From an uncultured Candidatus Saccharibacteria bacterium (GTDB taxonomy: Bacteria; Patescibacteriota; Dojkabacteria; J137), in contig CAYUKX010000001.1 of the NCBI GenBank assembly GCA_964445405.1, positions 1 to 37,973 on the forward strand: a stretch of 37,973 nt of DNA, given 5' to 3'. A program made the position numbers and the translations under genes. Below, in pieces: positions 9,201 through 18,200 of the stretch. The notes below the pieces were generated by a model that worked only from the letters and a program-made list of their open reading frames with translations, was not told the DNA's origin and searched no databases. Each line of letters opens with the position of its first letter. Position 1 is the first letter of the stretch.

Positions 9201-12200
9201 CCTGCGAGAATGATAATTGATTATTAAATGTAGCTGTACCATTATCAGAACCAGAGAATGTGTAATTACTTGGTAAGTTAGAGTTTGCCGATGGGTTACT
9301 AGTAAATTGTACAGTGCCTCGGTAAGTACCGTCAGTGTTATTAGAGCCATCTTTTGCATTAACAGTTAATGTTATAGTTTCGCCAACTAAAACATTAGTT
9401 TTATTTGTTGTTATTTCTAGACCTGTTGTATTAGACACAATAAAGTCAGCTTGATTACTTGAATTGTTACCAAACTCTGTCCATGATCCTGCTACAGAAG
9501 TATCTTCATTCAAGACTCTAGCTCTCCATTTATATTCTTCTCCTGGTATTAATCCCGATACATTCACCTCTGAGACTAATGGAACGCCACCACTAAATTC
9601 TGTTGTTGGGCTATTATAAACTCCAGCAAATATTGTGTTTTTGTAATCTGGAACAACTTTACCTTTTAATGTATACGCAGCTGTAAAGGATTCATTTAAA
9701 CCTACAACTTCAAATTCTGCTACTAAAGACTGTGGGTTTAGATTATCTGCACCAGGATCACTTACACTTGCTTTTAAGTTAACAGACTGTTCAGGTGTAA
9801 CACCTCCAACAGGAATTGCAGTTTCACCATCTATTTTATATTGATCTTTAAACAGTGGAGTTGACGGAATACTACTAATTGTTGGGAATGTACCAACCTG
9901 ACCACTTTGACCGCCTGCAGAAGTACCATTGGCTACCGTAACTGTTCCCGTAGATTCACAAGGTCCTTGAGTATATAGAATTGAAATTCTTCCACCACCA
10001 CCTCCTCCTCCATCAAATGCATCATCTCCACCTGATCCTCCTTGAGCATTTAATGTTCCGCTAATTGAACATGTTTGACCTTCAATTAATATTGAACCTC
10101 CTGCACCACCTCCTCCGCCTGGTGAAGCAGTCTTTCCATTTTCACCACTAACATCAATTGTACCTCGTATAGTCACATCACCACTTCTTACTCTTAATGC
10201 AACTGCTCCACCTCCAGCGCCTCCGCTTGCACCTGTGCCGGCTTGTCCACCTCCTGAACCTAGTGTAAATGGTGTTCTTTGATTACCATAAAATGTTCCT
10301 CCTTGTGGCGCTGTATTACCACCATCACTTTCGCCCGTACCTCCAGTTCCTCCGTGTCCTCCTCCTGCTCCACCGGATTGACCTGCACCCCTTACACCTC
10401 TTCCAACACCAGTTTCACTTGGGAAGCCTAATGCCTTACCTGTTAGTAATGCATTTGTATCAATTAGTAAATTACCTGTTAAGTTTAAAACAGGACCTCT
10501 ACCCCTTTTATTGTTGTATTCATTCCAAGAATAGGTCCTTTCGTAAATATTAATTTCAGTTGAGCTTAGTGCTCTTGGGTATAAGAAGACTTCATCTATA
10601 AGACCTACAAAACCTGTTGATGACCCCAAGCCTCCTTTACCGATTGATATTTTTGATAGAGGTAGTGAATAGTTTGTACCTAAGTTTAATGAATTAACTT
10701 CTGTACCATTTACATATATTTTTCTTATTCCTGTAGTTGAATCGTATGAAGCTACAACATGTTGCCATTGATTATCAGGTAAGTATGTAGTTGACTCAAA
10801 TACCTGAATCTCAGCTAAATTTAATAGGTTATTGTTTATTTTTGTAACTCTTAAGTATCTAGCATTTGCAGGTGCAAACGAATATTCGCTTGGGAACCCA
10901 ACATTTTGACCTGTTAAATTTACAACCTGACTTTGCTCACCACTAAAACTACCCGTATTCGAAACTTCAATTTTAAAGTCAGTGAATCTATCCTGACAAC
11001 AATCTGATCTATTCCAAATATTTACTTTACTGATGTTTTTTACAGCACCTAAATCAATTTGAATCCAGTCATTTGCACCTACAGTTGCGCCTTGGCATAA
11101 ATTAGAAGTATTACCGTCAACACAATTGGCTGGTGGGTAACTTGGATTATTATTTGCCATGGTAACAGTTTTACCCTGTGATACCAAACCTGTAACCAAT
11201 TTTGATGGCCACTCAAACCTTAGCTGTCTACTACCATCAATATCTAAACTACTTGTAGTAGCAACATTATTAAAGTTAATTAGTTCCTCAGCCTCTGAAC
11301 CGTTTGCTGTAAATTGCGAAAGCTTTGCCCACATACCAACAGTAAAGCTAGTAACAGTTAAGTCACTTACATCAACTTCTGCATAGTTACTTCCATTTAA
11401 TTCTAAAGCGTTACCTACTTTGCCATTTGCATTTCTTGAACTTCCAAAACTATTTAAGCTTCGGTTGTTGCCTGATGCATCACAATAGTCAGCTGCACCA
11501 CTACAAGAATCATCATTTTCTTCTTCAAAATTCCAAATAGCAATTGCATCTCCCAAGTTTTCTACGTTACCACCTTCAGCAACTGTTTCTTCTGATCTTA
11601 AAGCTAGTAAATCTTGTTTTAAATAAGCAGTTACATTTGAACCAATAAAAACATCATCAAGATTGTAATCAATTGCTTCAAAATCCATAGCTCTACCTGC
11701 TAAGCCATTGTTTTCAAGATATAAACTACCTTGACCAGGAGAATTTAAACCTGTATTTTCTATGTAAATTGTACCTGGTCCTGCATCTCTACCTGCATAG
11801 TTATCAGAAGCAGCACCAAAAGCTTGTATATAATTTTTATTATCTGTTTGAAAATCTCCATTGTTTTTATAAATAGCAATTCGTCCACCAGTTCCACCTT
11901 TGCTAGCACCATTTGCTCGTATTAATCCACTTCCATTCAATGTAGCAGCATTAATGTAAACACTTCCTCCCGAACCTCCTGTATTTCTATAATCACCAGT
12001 TGGATTACCATTAGTTGTTATAGTACCGCCAACAGATAAGGTATCAGCGATATTTAATGTAACTGCACCACCTCCAGACGCACTTCCATAATTACCACCA
12101 CTTCCTAAATCGCTTGGCTCTCTAAAGTCGCCGTATGGAACATGATCGCTGCTATATCCTCCATAAACTCCTCCGTAATTACCACCACCTGCTCCACCAG

Positions 12201-15200
12201 GACCCGCATTAGCTCCATATCCTCTTCCGTCTGCATTTATAGAGCCTCCAGAGATAACATTTAAGTTAGTGGAATTAATGGTTACTCCGTAATCATTTTT
12301 ATCTTGTGCATTATTATCCGCAGTTGTTGCTGCACTTCCAACATAAGATTGTAAATACAATATTGAAGCATTCTGAATCGTTAATGAATCAAAGTTATAA
12401 ATATCTTGGTTAGGGAATAAATCTGTTTGTCTTTTTTGAGTTAATGCATATAAGGTAACTCTTGCAGGATTTGTTCCATCGCCAATTGTTAGTGTGTTAG
12501 CTCCTTGCATACTACCTATTACATCAAGGTTTACTCTATCTACTGTAAATGTTGTTGGTAATTGTATTAAACCTTCAGATGAGATACTAGGTGTAGTATT
12601 GTCACCTTCAATTCCCGTTTCGCTATCAATTTGAAGTGTTGAAGCAATTCCATATGCTCTTAAATTTCCGTATTCTTTAAGATATATTTTACCGAATTGT
12701 TGTACTGGATTATTACTGTCGTATGGAATACCTGCGTAATATCCACTTGCCCCATTATTATTTATGTATAAATCACCACTTCCGCCAAGATCTCCATCCT
12801 CATCAATAAAGATTGTTCCTGGTGCATAACCAAAAGATTGAATATTAACTTTTGAGTTTATTGGATAGGTACCTGATTTTTTGTAAACGGCTATTCTACC
12901 ACCACTACTATATCCACCTGATGCATAACCATCTGCACCTGAATTAGCTCTAATTAAACCAGAACCATTAAATGTATCTGTTACTATAAAAATACTTCCA
13001 CCGGAACCACCACCATTTCTATAATCGCCTGTGTCACCACCCTTTGCACTAATTGTTCCATTATTTGTTAGTGTCCCACTTGTTGTTAGTTTAATTGAAC
13101 CTGCACCTGCTCCCCAGTTTCCACCACTACCTAAATCTATAGGTTCTTTTACACTTCCGTATGGAGTATCAGATCCATTAAATCCACCATAACCGCCACC
13201 TGCGGCTGCTCCTGGACCTGCACCAGCAGAATATCCAAAGGAGTCTGCGTTAATATTTCCACCGTTGTCAATTGTAATATTGATTGCATTAAGTTCAACA
13301 CCGTAATCGTTTAGGTTTGCTGAATTATTATCAGTAGTTACTCCACCATTACCAACGTAAGACCTTAAATAGACAATTGCTGAATTTTTAACTGTAAAAT
13401 TATCAAAACTATATAAACTTTGATTTGGATACAAATCATCTTGTCTTTTTTGTGTTCTTGCATATAAAGTTAACCTTGCAGGATTTGTTCCATCCCCGAT
13501 TGTTAAATCACTCGCCCCTTGAATTCCTCCTATTATATCTAGATTTATTCTATCGATAGTAAATGTTGAAGGAAGTTGTAATAAACCTTCGGTTGATATA
13601 CCTGGTGTAGTATTATCACCTTCAATTCCAGTTTCACTACTTACAACCAATGTAGAACTAATGCCATATGCTCTTAAATGACCGTACTCTTTTAAGTAAA
13701 CTTTATTAAACTGTTGTGTTGGAGCATTACTATCGTATGGAATTCCTGCATAATAACCATTAGAGCCATTATTATTTATATATAAATCTCCATTACCACC
13801 TAAATCACCATCTTCATCAATATAGATAGTTCCTGGCGAATACCCAAAGGCTTGAAGGTTTACCTTTGTATTTATTGGATAATCTCCGTTGTGTCTGTAA
13901 ATTGCAATTCTTCCACCTGTACCTATTCTTCCTGTAGGTGTATAGGCGCTTGCTTTAACAACTCCTGAACCATTAAATGTATCTGATATTATCCAAACAC
14001 TACCTCCAGCTCCACCAGAATTTCGATAATCACCAGATCCACCTGAAAGTGAACTTATTATTCCATTATTTGTTAATACTCCAGATACATTTAATTTAAT
14101 TGCACCTCCTCCATACGAAGTTCCATAGTTACCACCACTACCTAAACTTACAGGTTCTTTTACACTTCCGTATGGAGTATTACTACCATTGTATCCACCG
14201 TAGCCTCCACCGTTAGCTCCACCTGCTCCCGGGCCCGCATTTGGACTATATCCTCTACCTTCAGCATTTATGACTCCTCCATTTTCAACTGAAAGTGTTG
14301 TTGCATTAATAGAAACTCCATATTCATTCAAATTATCGACGTTATTATCTGCAGTAGTAGACCCACTGCCGACATAAGATTGTAAATATAAATTTGTATT
14401 ATTCTTTAATGTTAGAGTGTCAAAGTTATACTGATCTTGATTTGGATATAACTCATTTTGTCTTCTTTGAGTACGTGCATAGAATGTTAATTTAGCTGGA
14501 TCTGTACCATTACCTACAGTTAGTGTTTCTGCACCTGAGTAATTTCCTATTATATCTAGATTTACTCTATCTACCGTAAATACCGCTGGCAATTGTAGTA
14601 AGCCTTCAGTTGCAATTGACGGAACAGTTGTGTCACCTATAACACCAGCTTCGTTTGCTATTACAAGTGTAGAATCAATACCATATGCCCTTAAATGACC
14701 ATACTCTTTTAGATAAATAGTATTAAACTCTTGGATTGGATTTAATACATCGTATGGTATTCCTGCATAGTAGCCATTAGAACCATTATTATTTATGTAT
14801 AAATCTCCATTTCCACCAAGATCACCATCTTCATCAATGTAGATTGTTCCCGGAGCATAACCAAATGATTGTAGATTTGTTTTTGAATTCAAAGGATAAG
14901 TACCATCTTTTTTGTAAATTGCTATTCTTCCGCCTGTACTATAACCACCGGAAGCATAACCATTCACACCAGAATTTACCTGCATTAAACCAGCACCATT
15001 TAATGTGTTTGCCACTACCAAAATACTTCCTCCAGAACCTCCACCATTTCTATAATCTCCTGTGTCTCCACCTTTTGAGCTAATTGTTCCGTTATTTGTT
15101 AATGTATTTGTTGCAGTTAACTTGATTGCGCCTGCGCCTGCTCCCCAATTACCACCACTACCTAAACTTACAGGTTCTTTTACACTTCCATATGGAGTAT

Positions 15201-18200
15201 CAGATCCATTAAATCCACCATAACCACCTCCTGCAGCGGCTCCTGGGCCCACATTAGCAGAGTAGCCTCTTGAATCTGCATTAATAAATCCACCTGAATC
15301 AACCGTAATATTTTCAGATGTTAAATCCACACCATAATCGTTTAGATTTGCAGCATTGTTATCTGTAATTACTCCCGCATTCCCTACATAAGATTGAAGA
15401 TACAAATACGATGTATTCTTAACATTAAGTGTTGTAAATGTGTATTTATCTTGGTTTGGATACAGATCATTTTGCCTTTTTTGATTTCTGGCATACAGTG
15501 TTACCCTTGCAGGATTTGTTCCGTCGCCGATAGTCAGATTATTTGCTCCTTGAATGTTTCCAATAACATCTAAATTTACTCTATCTACTGTAAATGTTGT
15601 TGGCAGTTGAATTGACCCTTCTGGAGATAGACTTGGAGTAGAATTATCACCTTCAATTCCAGTTTCGCTACTTATAACTAAAGTTGAATTAATTCCGTAA
15701 ATTTTAAGATGACCATATTCTTTAAGATAGATTTTATTAAACTGTTGTGTAGGATTATTCGCGTCGTAAGGAACACCAGCTGCATAACCATTAGAGCCGT
15801 TATTATTTGCATACAAATCTCCATTTCCACCTAGATTACCATCTTCGTCTATATATATTGTTCCTGGCGATCTACCAAAAGATTGTATATTAGCCTTATT
15901 GTTAATTGGATAGCTACCAGAATGTCTATAGATTGCTATTCTACCTCCAGTACTATAACCACCAGATGCATAACCATTTGTACCACCATTAGTTCTTATC
16001 AATCCATTTCCATCAAGTACATCGGTAACTATAAATATACTTCCACCTGCACCTCCTCCATATCTGTAATCTCCTGTGTCACCTCCATTTGCACTTATGA
16101 TTCCGTTATTAGTAATGGTACCAATAACATCTAATTTTAATGCTCCAGCACCTGCTCCCCAGTTACCACCACTACCTAAACTTATTGGTTCTTTTACACT
16201 TCCGTATGGTGTGTCTGAACCATTAAATCCACCATAGCCACCACCAACTGCTGCACCTGGTCCAGTATTTCCTGTGTAACCTCTTGAATCAGCATTTATA
16301 ATCCCTGTAGGTTCAACTACAATATTTTGGGCAAGTACCACTACACTTATTTCATTATCGTAATTTGAATCACTAACTATGTAGCTAGCAAGAACTAATG
16401 TAGAACCACTCTTAATTCTAACTTCACTTACATTTGTACAATCAAAAATACCATGATTATTTGTGTCAGCTGCCCAAGTTTGATTAGTATCAATTATCCC
16501 GTCAACATCTGGACACGAACCAAGCGATGTAACTATCGCAATTATATTTGAAGTTCCAATTGCAGAGCCGTCTGTGACTTTTATTCTTACACTTGCCTGA
16601 GTATCAAATGTTAATGTGATTGATTTAACACCCAAGTCGCCAGATTGGAATTGATAACTAGTTGGATCAAGAACACCTGATACAACTGTATTTATATTAT
16701 CGGGATTAACTGCACTTAAACTTGGATTACCTATGTAGTCAGTTTTAATATTACTGTACTGATCGTAAGCTGTAATGTTTACTGTAAACGCTTCGTTTAT
16801 TAAAGAATACGAAGAGGTTGAAACACCAAAGCTCGCAACTAAATCAGGTGTACTAACAAAATCAAAAGTAATCGGACTATCTACCAATCCAGAGCCTATT
16901 GCTCTTACCTGATTATTAATGCTTTTTGTGCCTAATGTATAGTATCTAGAGCTATAACCATCATCGTCGGTAATTGCATTTCCACCGGAAAATCTACCAC
17001 CAACACCGCCGTTACTTATGGACCAATTAACTGTATAACCTGGGACTGGGAATCCGACGCTATCTACTACTCTAATTACTAATGGATCAACAATTTGAGT
17101 ATTCACTATTCCTGTCTGATTATTCCCGCTAATATATTGAATATTTGCTGGTGTACCTGTTACTAATACATCCCTGTCGGTTTCAAGATTATTGCCATAA
17201 CTAACCCAGTAACTATACCCACCTTTGTTATCTCTAACTCTTGCCCTCCAGTGATATTCTTTAGATCTTGTAATACTGCTTACTGTTATTTTTCCGCAAT
17301 CTGCAACAGGTGTGTTACAACTTTGGGGATTAGCAATATTTGATGATTGTGTATGTGTTGGAACACCTGTAAAGTCTTGCCCTAGCTCTCTAAATTCAAT
17401 CTGTAGCGATAACGTATCGGATGCATCTACATCGATTAAATTACTTGCAAAAACTACTGTAGTTTCTGTTGTAATGCCATTTACAAAGATTTCATTTGTT
17501 TGATTTGATTTAAATTGTTTTAATACGGTAGGTGCATTTGGCCTACATGTTGGACCTATAATTGTACCAATACCTCCATCTTGTGAGCTGCCAGTAATGC
17601 CTGGTGCAACACTCGCTGTCCCGTTAAAGGTGTTACTTGCTGTACAAAGTACAACAACTCTTCCACCTCCACCACCTCCACCTTGGTACTGAACATCTGC
17701 AGCAGATCCACCTCTCGCTTCAATTAAACCAGATCCAGACAAGCTATCTGCTTCTATCCATACGCTACCTCCAGCTCCACCTCCACCTGAGGTTGCACCT
17801 GATGCCTGACCATCTAATCCATTTGCAGATATCTTTCCATTAACCACAACAGATCCAGTTGCAGTAATTCGAATCGCGCCTCCACCAGCACCACCGAATG
17901 AACTACCTGCTTGTAAAGAAGTTCCTGATACTTGAATAGAGTTTATTTTTGGAGTATCAGTAACATCAATGCCTGTATCAATGTAAGCCTTTATTCTATA
18001 GTAAGTATAATAAGATGTAATGCTTGCAGATAGATCTAATGGCATAGAATCTTGTATTGGATATTCACCACCAGACTGATAATAATTATCTACAGCTGGG
18101 AAAGTTGTTTGCTCGCCAGTAAATTCACCTGTAAGTGAGGCTTCAATTTGAAATTTAGGATTAATGTTATCTGTACCATCTAATTCCCAATCTGCTACTA

